The notes under the pieces: generated by a model | Told to the model about the DNA's origin: nothing | Database searches by the model: none | The model's input: only the letters and a program-made list of their open reading frames with translations | Position numbers and translations under genes: made by a program | Part shown: piece after piece, positions 9,298 through 18,740 of the stretch | Numbering within the stretch: position 1 is the stretch's first letter | Layout of the letters: the number at the start of each line of letters is the position of its first letter | Virus record (IMG/VR): IMGVR_UViG_3300013004_000142 | Coordinates: 1-28,839 of that record | Origin: a virus | Lineage: Duplodnaviria > Caudoviricetes | DNA length: 28,839 nucleotides | Reading direction: 5' to 3' (one strand)

Positions 9298-11093
9298 GTC
9301 AATGGATTGCCGCAATAACCCGCGGACATAACGCAGGTGTATGTCTATTAAAAGATGGACAGATTGTATTTGCCTTAGAAGAAGAACGACTGAGTCGTCA
9401 AAAATACGACGGTGGCCCGTTTGCCACAATGATTAAAATTTTAGATTATACTGATAAGTTAGATTATCTTGTAATTGCACACACCCAGCCGTTGTCGGAT
9501 GCTGGCCGAGTTGATTTCAGCGGAGATGATGTATATACTGGACTGGCTAGAAAACTAGGTTTAATCGATAGACATAGCAATAATCAAAATCATCCGCAAG
9601 TAATAGACATGAGTAAAGTACATCACAAGCTTCATGCTGCATGTGCTTTTTATAGATCCGGCTTTGAATCAGCTACTGCGGTTGTGGTCGACGGCGCTGG
9701 CACATTTATTCCCATGAGTATAGACGGTCAAACTGAAATGACTTGGGAACTTGAATCAGTATTTGAATGTGCGTACCCGTCTACATTTAATACATTATAC
9801 AAACACCAAGGCGGCCGCGGCCCGTGGCGAGGAATTAAACTCGATGTTCCTAGAATTGAAGATGAGGATCGAGGCACGTTTGAATTAGTCCTAGACGATA
9901 CAGCAGGCATTACCAAAGCCTATGAAGCAGTGACACAGTATTGCGGATGGCAACCCATCGAAGCTGGAAAAACTATGGGACTATTCCCTTACGGCAAAGA
10001 AAATAAAAATATTCCGCCGGTATATACAGATGCAGGTGGAGGAAAGTGGAGAAGTGCAGATCGAAACTTAGTTATTCCCACGTATCCTAATGGTGCTAAG
10101 ATCAACGAATACCGTTACACTGAATTAGAAACACCCGAAGAAATATACACAAGTCAACAAGATGTTACACTGTTAGATAATAGAAGAGATTTAGCTTACG
10201 CTGTACAAACACAAAGCCAACAAGAAGTATTGGACCTTATAATCAAAGCTGTTGAAATTAGTGGTAATAAAAATGTAGTGTTAAGTGGCGGTTATGGTTT
10301 AAATTGTGTTGCTAACTATTTCTATCTAACAGAACTAAACAGATTAGGAATCAATTTGTATGCTGAACCGATCAGCAATGATGCTGGTACATGTATTGGC
10401 GCCGCACTATTAATGTATCATCAAACTACTAACGATGATAAAGTTCGATCATACGCAAATAATTTATACTTAGGCCCACGCTATGAATATTCTAAAGAAG
10501 ATATACTAGCTGTTTCTAAAAAGTATCAAGCAACTGAAGTATACGAATCGACAAATAGTGATATTGTAAATCTATTAAAAGACAGAAACATTGTAGCAGT
10601 ATTCCAAGGACGTAGTGAAAGCGGCCCTAGAGCACTAGGTAATCGCAGTATATTGTTTGACCCAAGTGTTGTAGATGGTAAAGACTACGTTAATAGCGTT
10701 AAACATCGAGAATATTTCCGTCCATTTGCTGGCAGTATTATGGCAGAACATGCTCATGAGTGGTTTGATCTGAGAGGAATGAAAGAAAGTCCTACGATGA
10801 TGTATGCTGTAAATTGCCAGCCTGGAATTGAAGAAAAGATTCCTAGCGTAATTCACATAGACGGCACATGCCGAATTCAAACTGTTACTAAAGAACAAAA
10901 TCCATTATACTATGAGCTAATTAATGAGTTCTATAAAGCAACTGGCATACCTATGTTGTTCAACACTAGTTTTAATTTGGGCGGCGAACCGTTGGTTGAA
11001 ACACTAGACGATGCGCTACGCACTTTGGCAAACAGCAACATTGAATATTTGTACTTGCCTGAATATTCTGTACTAATTAAAATAGCAAATTAA
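9294..11093 (+). CDS. O-carbamoyltransferase, NodU/CmcH/TobZ family
   Basis: GHNAGVCLL, EEERLSRQK, HHKLHAACAFY, VVVDGAG, AGKTMGL, LSGGYGLNCVAN, NDAGTCIGAA, GRSESGPRALGNRSIL, KHREYFRPFA, HIDGTCRIQTV, NTSFNLGGEPLVET: the full family signature. Confidence 0.95.
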   Translation: MSQWIAAITRGHNAGVCLLKDGQIVFALEEERLSRQKYDGGPFATMIKILDYTDKLDYLVIAHTQPLSDAGRVDFSGDDVYTGLARKLGLIDRHSNNQNHPQVIDMSKVHHKLHAACAFYRSGFESATAVVVDGAGTFIPMSIDGQTEMTWELESVFECAYPSTFNTLYKHQGGRGPWRGIKLDVPRIEDEDRGTFELVLDDTAGITKAYEAVTQYCGWQPIEAGKTMGLFPYGKENKNIPPVYTDAGGGKWRSADRNLVIPTYPNGAKINEYRYTELETPEEIYTSQQDVTLLDNRRDLAYAVQTQSQQEVLDLIIKAVEISGNKNVVLSGGYGLNCVANYFYLTELNRLGINLYAEPISNDAGTCIGAALLMYHQTTNDDKVRSYANNLYLGPRYEYSKEDILAVSKKYQATEVYESTNSDIVNLLKDRNIVAVFQGRSESGPRALGNRSILFDPSVVDGKDYVNSVKHREYFRPFAGSIMAEHAHEWFDLRGMKESPTMMYAVNCQPGIEEKIPSVIHIDGTCRIQTVTKEQNPLYYELINEFYKATGIPMLFNTSFNLGGEPLVETLDDALRTLANSNIEYLYLPEYSVLIKIAN

Positions 11094-11095
11094 TC

Positions 11096-11773
11096 ATGGC
11101 GTTATGGGTTTTTGGCGATAGTTTTAGTGTTCCACGGATTTCCCTTAACGAAAGACACGGTCCTGTACCACCACTATGGCACGAAATAGTAGCAGGCAGT
11201 CTGAATTTTGAAGAATATCATAGTCATGCCCAGTGGGGCGTAAGCAATGAATATATCCTTGAACAATTTTTAAGATATCAGATGAAATTTGAATCCGGCG
11301 ATTGTATTATTGTACAATTAACTAACAGCAGTAGACAATGGTTTATTAAAGATCACCCCGAGCTTTCAAATTTTTATGTAACAGATATTGATCGCTGGCT
11401 TACTAAAGAACAAGCTGAAGCTGTTAATATGTACATAACGCATCTTCATCGAGACGAGCTGGACGAAATGCGATATTTTATGCTATCTAAGGCGTTAGAA
11501 AGGATAACACAAGAATTAGCAGATTGTAAAATTTTAATATTGCCTGGATTCCATGTAATCCACGGAATTCGAGGAACATTAACCGATATTTGTAATAACG
11601 AATTCGTGTCTGATGAAGCTCGGAAACAATGGTATGATAAAAATAACGGAGATACTCGTGCTAATCATTTAAGTCCGGATAATCATTTTATATTAGCCCA
11701 TAGAATAACTGAGTTTTTTCAAACAGGCCGATCAATCGATTTATTAGACGGGTTCAAACAAGGATTTCTGTAA
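11096..11773 (+). CDS. SGNH/GDSL-like hydrolase or acyltransferase
   Basis: N-terminal LWVFGDSF, WGVSN block, C-terminal DTRANHLSPDNH. Confidence 0.55.
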   Translation: MALWVFGDSFSVPRISLNERHGPVPPLWHEIVAGSLNFEEYHSHAQWGVSNEYILEQFLRYQMKFESGDCIIVQLTNSSRQWFIKDHPELSNFYVTDIDRWLTKEQAEAVNMYITHLHRDELDEMRYFMLSKALERITQELADCKILILPGFHVIHGIRGTLTDICNNEFVSDEARKQWYDKNNGDTRANHLSPDNHFILAHRITEFFQTGRSIDLLDGFKQGFL

Positions 11774-12588
11774 TGTCAAAAAGATTGTTTACATTTGGTT
11801 GTAGCTTTACTAGATATTACTGGCCCACGTGGGCTGATATGCTAGGACGAGAGTATGACGAATTTGAAAATTGGGGCAATGGCGGAATTGGAAATAGAGC
11901 AATCCTAGAAAGACTTACCGAGTGTATAGTTAACAATAAAATCACCGCGGACGATACCATTATTGTCCAATGGTCAGACCTTCATAGATTTGACATGCAC
12001 AAGCCACGGCCTGGATTGCCCGAAGGATGGGCACAGGGCGGCAATATGTTGGCCGCACCTGATTTTAATAAATGTTGGATTGGCAGTATATGGGAAGAAC
12101 AAAGTTATGTTATGCACACTTTAAATTTTATTAAGTTGGCTATAACGTTACTAGAATCGTTACCTTGTACTTGGTATATGACCAGCATGCATGATATATC
12201 GCACGACTTGAACAGATGGCCTCGCGCATTTAAAAATTATTTGCCATTGTTACAGCATAAAAATTTCTTACCGCCACTAGATTCATTCTTTTCGCAATAC
12301 GACTTTCCGAGAAAAACACTAATCGATATAGATGAAAAGTCACAAGTAGATGAACATCCAGTTCCCATAGCCCATTACGCCTGGCTTGCTGAAATCTTAG
12401 CACCTAAATTAAATAAAACACCTGACGAACAATGGGCAATACAAGTAAACTCGGTTTTATTTGACCATTGTAAATACTATACTAAGTTGCATGATGACTT
12501 TGAGAAAAAGTCAGGCTGGTACGCACGGGCTAATTGGATTCTAGGATGTATTGATACAGACTACGCCAGTTCTAAATCACTACAGTAA
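11773..12588 (+). CDS. SGNH-like protein (FGCS variant), paralog A
   Basis: RLFTFGCSFT..YWPTWAD, NWGNGGIGNRAI, IIVQWS, C-terminal DEHP...H; clear paralog of 13863..14771. Confidence 0.55.
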   Translation: MSKRLFTFGCSFTRYYWPTWADMLGREYDEFENWGNGGIGNRAILERLTECIVNNKITADDTIIVQWSDLHRFDMHKPRPGLPEGWAQGGNMLAAPDFNKCWIGSIWEEQSYVMHTLNFIKLAITLLESLPCTWYMTSMHDISHDLNRWPRAFKNYLPLLQHKNFLPPLDSFFSQYDFPRKTLIDIDEKSQVDEHPVPIAHYAWLAEILAPKLNKTPDEQWAIQVNSVLFDHCKYYTKLHDDFEKKSGWYARANWILGCIDTDYASSKSLQ

Positions 12589-13175
12589 TTTAAACCTCCA
12601 AATTTTCCTCGAACGAAAGAGTTAAATCCAATTAGTTGTCTTGGCATACTTGATTCATTTGGAGCAGACCCGTGTTCCAACCAGCTTGGAAATATAATTA
12701 GTGTGCCAGTTTGTACTGGAAAACTCCAGTCGTTGCTATTAAACATCGAGTACCCTGAATAATGGTAATCTAGAGCAAAATGTTTAAAGATAGGAGATTT
12801 ACAATGTACTGACATTGGAGATGCATTTTTTTCTGCTTGAAAATAATATACTCCACTAAAAATACTGTTAGGATGTGCGTGTTTATGATGGTCAACAGAT
12901 GTTAAGTTTTTTGTAGCCCACGAATTTGTGATATAAAATTCATCTGTAACTTTACATACTTCGGTAGCGTACTCGTCGACAGCATTCTGACAAAATGTTT
13001 TTAATTTTTCAAGTCCTGGCAATTCCAATATATTACGATTTTTACTAAATTTATTAGGAACAGATTCTCTTTCTAATGACGATATAATTTCCAATTCGTC
13101 AACCGATAATCTTCGTCCAGAATCTAACTGATAAAGAATTGGTACACTAAACAGTGGTACGATGTGTTTGCTCAT
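12561..13175 (-). CDS. Putative 2OG-Fe(II) oxygenase (TIGR02466 / 2OG-FeII_Oxy_5-like)
   Basis: Start reassigned to MSKHIVPLFSVP (ATG 13175). SWAT..HKHAHPNSIFSGVYY, GTLIIFPSWLEH, RQLIGFN motifs. Confidence 0.8.
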   Translation of the reverse strand: MSKHIVPLFSVPILYQLDSGRRLSVDELEIISSLERESVPNKFSKNRNILELPGLEKLKTFCQNAVDEYATEVCKVTDEFYITNSWATKNLTSVDHHKHAHPNSIFSGVYYFQAEKNASPMSVHCKSPIFKHFALDYHYSGYSMFNSNDWSFPVQTGTLIIFPSWLEHGSAPNESSMPRQLIGFNSFVRGKFGGLNYCSDLELA

Positions 13176-13216
13176 ATTGTATATATTCACAATATAATAT
13201 ACCCTAAATTTTTCCT

Positions 13217-13224
13217 TATAAATA
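13217..13224 (+). promoter_or_regulatory. T4-type late promoter TATAAATA, 6 nt before ATG
   Basis: Exact consensus; ATG at 13231 with no Shine-Dalgarno in between. Confidence 0.65.
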
Positions 13225-13230
13225 TTTTCC

Positions 13231-13866
13231 ATGGACACTATTCTACCGTTAATTCAACCGCCTTTAATACTGATAAAAGACTTTCATCCAAAATGGGACT
13301 GGAATTCTATCGAGAATGCTATCAAGTCTCAGCCTACAGTAAAAGAAGGTAACTATGATATTACTCAAAGCAAAGATTTTTTTGACAATACGTTACCAGA
13401 CATCAAACAAGACATCCTAACGGAATGTAAAACATTTGTTTCAAATGTTTTTCCTATGAAGTTTGAGTTTGATTTAAAAATGACTTCTAGTTGGGTTAAT
13501 TCTATGAAGCACGGCGAACAACATCCGTGGCATAGTCATCCGTTTTCAGTAGTTAGTGGTGTTATATTTTTAGATAATCATCCCGAGAATTGCGAGTTAA
13601 CGTTTAGAAATAACATAGACTTTGCTATTCCTCCGTATAGTTTACTAGAGCTTGACTACTACACCTCTTTAAAATCATTAGTAGGTGATAAGTCAACTAC
13701 AGAAAATAATTTACAACACCATTTAGTTTTATTTTATAGTAATCTTACTCACGGTGTTCCGCCGTTACAAGTTTTACACAAAACTCGTCGCACAATAAGT
13801 TTTAATACCTTTTGGACCAATAAAGTTGACTTTGGCGCTGATTTAAATTCTCACACTTTTCTATGA
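13231..13866 (+). CDS. Putative 2OG-Fe(II) oxygenase (TIGR02466 / 2OG-FeII_Oxy_5-like)
   Basis: SSWVN..HPWHSHPFSVVSGVIF, LVLFYSNLTHGV, RRTISFN. Confidence 0.8.
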   Translation: MDTILPLIQPPLILIKDFHPKWDWNSIENAIKSQPTVKEGNYDITQSKDFFDNTLPDIKQDILTECKTFVSNVFPMKFEFDLKMTSSWVNSMKHGEQHPWHSHPFSVVSGVIFLDNHPENCELTFRNNIDFAIPPYSLLELDYYTSLKSLVGDKSTTENNLQHHLVLFYSNLTHGVPPLQVLHKTRRTISFNTFWTNKVDFGADLNSHTFL

Positions 13867-14771
13867 AATATAGATTATTCACATTTGGATGTAGTTATAC
13901 ATTTTTTATGTGGCCCACCTGGTCAGATTTACTTAGCGTTGAGTACGATTATTATGAAAACTGGGGCTGGGTAGGAATCGGAAATCGTGCAATAGCCGAG
14001 CGAGTAGCAGAAGCTCATGCTAAACATAACTTTACAGAACATGATACTATCATAGTACAGTGGTCAACAACGTTACGTTATGATTGGCATAACGACACTG
14101 CTATCAATAGTGAAGCCGGATGGCAAACTAATGGTAATGCATTTAGCCCGAAGAATATTAAATTTTATGACGACGCATGGTACAGAAAATTCTTTTGTGA
14201 ACGATCGTGGGTCATGCATACGCTAAATTACGTTTTATTAACCCAAGGATTATTAGATTCAATTGGGTGTACATGGCGGATGACTTCGATAGGCGATATT
14301 AGAAATTTAGGTACTGATTTAGACCGCGATTTATGGAACTACGAACGTGTAGCCGCTGATGCTAACGAACTGTCTACTGATTTTGTACTGTGGAGCAGAT
14401 ATCCTGAGTTTAAAAGTTATAGTAACCCTATATGGGAAGACCGTGCGGACGTATGGATAGCACCATTGATGCCTTATTCTAGTAAGTATGATCATTTATA
14501 CTGGTGGTTTCAAGCAAAGCATGATAAAGAAGCGTGGAAGGAAGGCCACCCAAGTCCATTACAACATCAACAATGGCTTAACGATTTGTTAAGGCCATCG
14601 TTAGGATTAACTACAATACCTGAAGAACAACAGGCAATTATTGATAAGTGCGTTACTTTAAAATCCAATGACGAATTTATGGATTGTTTACATTTTGAAA
14701 AATTTTTACAAAGTAAACAGCACAAACTATTTGATACAATTGAATGGCCTAATATTAAAAAAGGATTTTAA
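13863..14771 (+). CDS. SGNH-like protein (FGCS variant), paralog B
   Basis: RLFTFGCSYT..MWPTWSD, NWGWVGIGNRAI, IIVQWS, VMHTLN, EGHPSPLQH. Confidence 0.55.
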   Translation: MKYRLFTFGCSYTFFMWPTWSDLLSVEYDYYENWGWVGIGNRAIAERVAEAHAKHNFTEHDTIIVQWSTTLRYDWHNDTAINSEAGWQTNGNAFSPKNIKFYDDAWYRKFFCERSWVMHTLNYVLLTQGLLDSIGCTWRMTSIGDIRNLGTDLDRDLWNYERVAADANELSTDFVLWSRYPEFKSYSNPIWEDRADVWIAPLMPYSSKYDHLYWWFQAKHDKEAWKEGHPSPLQHQQWLNDLLRPSLGLTTIPEEQQAIIDKCVTLKSNDEFMDCLHFEKFLQSKQHKLFDTIEWPNIKKGF

Positions 14772-14774
14772 AGA

Positions 14775-16256
14775 ATGAAAAATGTCTATAATGTTAAAAA
14801 TATTGCCATAGTTGGCGGCGGAACTAGTGCGTGGCTAGCGGCGGCATTTTTATCTAATCAAAGACCAGACTATACAATTACAGTCATTGATAAAGAAGTT
14901 GGTAGCCCTGTGGGTGTTGGCGAAGGCACCTTGTTAGGCTTTGGCCAGATCATGGAGCAATGCGGATTTAAACCAGAAGACTGGTTTTTTGAAATTGATG
15001 CTACTTTTAAATCAGGGATATTATTTCCAGAATGGGGCGAAGATAACAGTGATGTATGGCATCCATTTTCATTTCCTATGCATCAAAATTTAGGAGTGTC
15101 TAGTATGGACATATGGTCTGCTAGACAAGATTTAGATTTTAAAACTCACGGGTTGTCAATGTATGATGTATCAGTCAACCATAACAAAGTTGATGTAGAA
15201 GTATTGCAACACGGAAATTATGCTTATCATATAGACTGTAGTAAATTAGTTAATTTAATACAACAGAAGATTTTATCAACACGCAATGTTACAAGTATTA
15301 AATCTGAAGTAGTTGAGATTGTCAGAGATGCTGATAAAATACAAACACTGGTGTTAAAAAATAAACAAACGATCTCAGCTGATTTGTACATAGACTGTAC
15401 TGGGTTCAAACAGCTATTACATGATTGTCCTGATAGGGTAACGGTTGAAGGCAGATTATTTTGTGATACAGCTATAGCAGGGCACGTTCCTTATAAGGAT
15501 AAAGACACAGAGATGTTGCCATATGTTAAATCATCTGCTGTAGAGCACGGATGGATATGGAATATTCCAGTACAGAGTCGCATTGGTTCAGGGTTAGTGT
15601 TTAATAGAAATATTACTGACATAGAAGAAGCTAAAGATTTCTTTGTTAACTACTGGGACAATCGAATATCTAAAGATCAGTTAAAAGTAATTGATTGGAC
15701 TCCGTTTTACAATAAAAATATGTGGCACGGTAATGTAGTTTCTATTGGACTTAGCGCAGGATTTATAGAACCCTTAGAAAGCACTGGCGTAGCATTAATT
15801 ATTATTGGCTTAGAACAGATGGTATTTAGATTAGGCATTGACTATTATACAGAACAAGATGTAGAAATCTACAACCATACAATGATTGGTTATTTTGAAG
15901 ACTGTATTGATTTTGTAGGAATGCACTATTCTAACATTGATAAAGATAGTAAATTTTGGAAATGGGTCAAAGATACACGAGTTATATCGAGCCGTCAGAA
16001 ACAATTTGAAAATGACATGATATCGGACAAAGAAAAATTGTCAGTTGGCAGTCAAGGATTTGTATTTTCAGGAACTAACTGGATATGTTGGCTTATACAA
16101 ATGGGACTTCCGCTAGGTAAAAAAACAAATTTAGCTGCTGATCAATTATCACAGTTAATATCCTCACACGCAGATACTGAGTTGAACAAAACAAACGATT
16201 CAATTCCGCATATCGAATATTTAGAAATTCTTAAACAACGGATAGCTAATGGATAA
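14775..16256 (+). CDS. Flavin-dependent halogenase, tryptophan halogenase (PrnA-like) family
   Basis: IAIVGGGTSAW FAD-binding motif, VGVGEGT, ATFKSGI (candidate catalytic Lys), AYHID, YIDCTGF, GWIWNIP (WxWxIP), FIEPLESTG. Confidence 0.9.
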   Translation: MKNVYNVKNIAIVGGGTSAWLAAAFLSNQRPDYTITVIDKEVGSPVGVGEGTLLGFGQIMEQCGFKPEDWFFEIDATFKSGILFPEWGEDNSDVWHPFSFPMHQNLGVSSMDIWSARQDLDFKTHGLSMYDVSVNHNKVDVEVLQHGNYAYHIDCSKLVNLIQQKILSTRNVTSIKSEVVEIVRDADKIQTLVLKNKQTISADLYIDCTGFKQLLHDCPDRVTVEGRLFCDTAIAGHVPYKDKDTEMLPYVKSSAVEHGWIWNIPVQSRIGSGLVFNRNITDIEEAKDFFVNYWDNRISKDQLKVIDWTPFYNKNMWHGNVVSIGLSAGFIEPLESTGVALIIIGLEQMVFRLGIDYYTEQDVEIYNHTMIGYFEDCIDFVGMHYSNIDKDSKFWKWVKDTRVISSRQKQFENDMISDKEKLSVGSQGFVFSGTNWICWLIQMGLPLGKKTNLAADQLSQLISSHADTELNKTNDSIPHIEYLEILKQRIANG

Positions 16257-16824
16257 TTTTATAGGAATATTTGATAATGCTGTTGCAGCAGATGACTGTG
16301 AAGGACTAATTGATTATTTTGAAATGTTAAGATCATACGACCTAGTATATACAAGGCAAGAACTTAATGAGGGCAAAGCACACGTCAAAGATGATGAAAC
16401 AGCATTTTTACTACAGCCTGCTATAATGTTTAATAGCAAAAATACAGTGGTTCAGCAGTTTCTTTCTCAGTTTTGGAAATGTTATTCTGAATATGTTGAT
16501 CGATATAGCATTTTAGCGGACACCGATACACACGGAATAAGTAGTATGCGATTACAAAAAACAGTGCCCGGTGGAGGGTACCATACTTGGCATTACGAAA
16601 CCCCCAGCGCAATAGTATCCCATAGATTTCTAGCATGGAGTTTGTATGTGAATACTGTAGAAGAAGGCGGAGAAACTGAATTTTTGTATCAGCAACAACG
16701 AGTTAAAGCAGAGCAAGGCAGATTGGTAATATGGCCAGCAGGATTTACCCATACGCATCGTGGAAATCCTCCATTGAGCGGTAACAAATACTTACTTACT
16801 GGCTGGATAGAATTTACAGGATAA
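16249..16824 (+). CDS. 2OG-Fe(II) oxygenase, prolyl-4-hydroxylase-like
   Basis: GGGYHTWHYE, YVNTVEEGGETEF, IWPAGFTHTHRGNPP, KYLLTGW. Confidence 0.85.
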   Translation: MDNFIGIFDNAVAADDCEGLIDYFEMLRSYDLVYTRQELNEGKAHVKDDETAFLLQPAIMFNSKNTVVQQFLSQFWKCYSEYVDRYSILADTDTHGISSMRLQKTVPGGGYHTWHYETPSAIVSHRFLAWSLYVNTVEEGGETEFLYQQQRVKAEQGRLVIWPAGFTHTHRGNPPLSGNKYLLTGWIEFTG

Positions 16825-16835
16825 GAGGAAATACT

Positions 16836-17483
16836 ATGAATAGTCAGAACATTCCTGGAACCGTAGAATATGTTAAAGATTTTATGCCGTTAACATATCA
16901 AAATGAAATTATAACTAATTTAAAAAACATGCCGTGGTATTGGCGTCCGCAAATTGCCGAATATTCTCCAGAAATTTATGTTGACAAAGAAAACCCATTT
17001 GAAGACCCTCGGGTAACTGATGCGTTTGCGTTTGTTCATGTATGTTACGAAGACGGCAATGTCAAATCAGATTTTTATCAATATTTTAAACCCATATTAC
17101 GCTTTTTAGAATTTAAACTAAACATTCAAATTACTGAATTAATACGCCTTCGGCTACGACTAAGTTCACAGATTCCAAATCATACTTTAAATCATTACAA
17201 TCCGCCCCATATCGATCTTATGTCAACCGACCCATTTAAGACGTTTGTTTATTATGTAGATGACAGCGATGGTGATACTGTAATTTTTAACAAACGATAT
17301 GAAAGTACATCGCAACCTACTACACTGACAAAAAATGAACCAGACTTAAAAGCAATATTTACAAGTACTCCTAAAAAAGGTGAAGGTGTATATTTTGATG
17401 GATTACAATATCATTCTGGAAATTCACCAGTAAATTATAAAAGTCGATGTATTATTAATTTTGATTTTAAGATTGCAGAGTAA
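16836..17483 (+). CDS. Putative 2OG-Fe(II) oxygenase
   Basis: PPHID, YYVDDSDGDTVIF, PKKGEGVYFDGLQYHSG, RCIINF; GAGG RBS. Confidence 0.75.
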   Translation: MNSQNIPGTVEYVKDFMPLTYQNEIITNLKNMPWYWRPQIAEYSPEIYVDKENPFEDPRVTDAFAFVHVCYEDGNVKSDFYQYFKPILRFLEFKLNIQITELIRLRLRLSSQIPNHTLNHYNPPHIDLMSTDPFKTFVYYVDDSDGDTVIFNKRYESTSQPTTLTKNEPDLKAIFTSTPKKGEGVYFDGLQYHSGNSPVNYKSRCIINFDFKIAE

Positions 17484-17484
17484 T

Positions 17485-18171
17485 ATGAAGAAAAATATTA
17501 TTAACGAAACAGAGGTATTTGAAATAAACGATGATCTGTCTGCTACTACATTTACATTTGGCCCTAACAAATCTAAAATTGTAATAATAGATAATTTTTA
17601 TAAAAATCCTTATATGGTTCGAGAGCTAGCACTGACTATTCCACCTACTGGAAATTCAAGAATAGTAGGCGGGTTGCCAGGTAGTCGAATAGATGCGTTT
17701 TATAATTTAGAAAATTTTGCTGTAGTGTTTGACGAGGTAATACGTAATGTATTTTTACCAGAAGAACAACGGAATCTAACAAATAGTAATTTGAATGAAA
17801 TTTTTAAATCAGCAACATTTTGTGTTAATGTACTTCAAACTACAAATCTTCCAGCAATAGTACCGCATGTTGATAATCGAGAAGATTTTAGATTTGCTGC
17901 AACTATATATTTAAATACTCCTAACGAATGCAATGGCGGCACAAGTTTTTATACTTATAACGGAAGTCAAGAAGGCCCGCAATCTGGAGAAATTGGCAAA
18001 CAAGAACATTATGTTTCAGATAGCATTGGTCCGTGGGACAAAATATTTTTAGCTGAGATGAAATTTAATCGAATGGTATTGTACGAACAAAATATTTTAC
18101 ACACTGCGTATGTTAAGCCCGGAATGTTTGAAAATGATTTATATAGACTGGCACAGATGTTTTTTATATGA
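17485..18171 (+). CDS. DUF6445-like 2OG-Fe(II) oxygenase-fold protein
   Basis: Start reassigned to ATG 17485. IVIIDNFYKNPYMVRELA, PG.R, PHVD, AATIYLN, GGTSFY, FNRMVLY..NILH, RLAQMFF. Confidence 0.7.
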   Translation: MKKNIINETEVFEINDDLSATTFTFGPNKSKIVIIDNFYKNPYMVRELALTIPPTGNSRIVGGLPGSRIDAFYNLENFAVVFDEVIRNVFLPEEQRNLTNSNLNEIFKSATFCVNVLQTTNLPAIVPHVDNREDFRFAATIYLNTPNECNGGTSFYTYNGSQEGPQSGEIGKQEHYVSDSIGPWDKIFLAEMKFNRMVLYEQNILHTAYVKPGMFENDLYRLAQMFFI

Positions 18172-18713
18172 AAATTAATACTATAATTATTGACGATTTT
18201 TTAGACAATCCTGACATTGTTAGAAATTCAGTATTAGAAATAGACATTTCTAAAAAAGGAATGTATCCAGGCTATCGAAGTGATCGTGCTGATGAAGATT
18301 ACGCAGATCACATACAACAAAAGATTGAATCTATACTTAACAAGCGTATATTAGGTTGGGAACAAGACAGCCTACAATTTCAACTATGTTTAGAAGATGA
18401 AAAAACATGGTTACATTGCGACGAAACCGATTGGGCCGGTATTCTGTATCTAACTCCAGGTGCTCCGGTTAATGCCGGCACCGGAATATTTAGGCACATA
18501 TCGACCCAGACTTATATCGGCCCAAACACTGACATAAATGCTAAAGATGAAACGCAGTGGGAACTGATTACTACTATTGGAAACGTATATAATAGGCTTG
18601 TACTGTACAACGGTAAAATGTTTCATCGTAGTCTTATTTCTGGATTTGGAAACAGCAAAGAAACTGGAAGATTGACCCAGGTTTTTTTCTTTAATACATC
18701 TAGTGATAAATAA
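18168..18713 (+). CDS. DUF6445-like 2OG-Fe(II) oxygenase-fold protein
   Basis: IIIDDFLDNPDIVR, YPGYRS, WLHCD, WAGILYLTP, GTGIF, YNRLVLY..MFHRS, RLTQVFF; paralogous to the preceding gene. Confidence 0.75.
   Translation: MKINTIIIDDFLDNPDIVRNSVLEIDISKKGMYPGYRSDRADEDYADHIQQKIESILNKRILGWEQDSLQFQLCLEDEKTWLHCDETDWAGILYLTPGAPVNAGTGIFRHISTQTYIGPNTDINAKDETQWELITTIGNVYNRLVLYNGKMFHRSLISGFGNSKETGRLTQVFFFNTSSDK
18706..18712 (+). promoter_or_regulatory. Late promoter core ATAAATA
   Basis: Overlaps the stop codon of the upstream gene; followed by GGAG RBS and ATG 18741. Confidence 0.5.
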
Positions 18714-18740
18714 CTGTAGTGTTTATTTGGAGATTAACAT

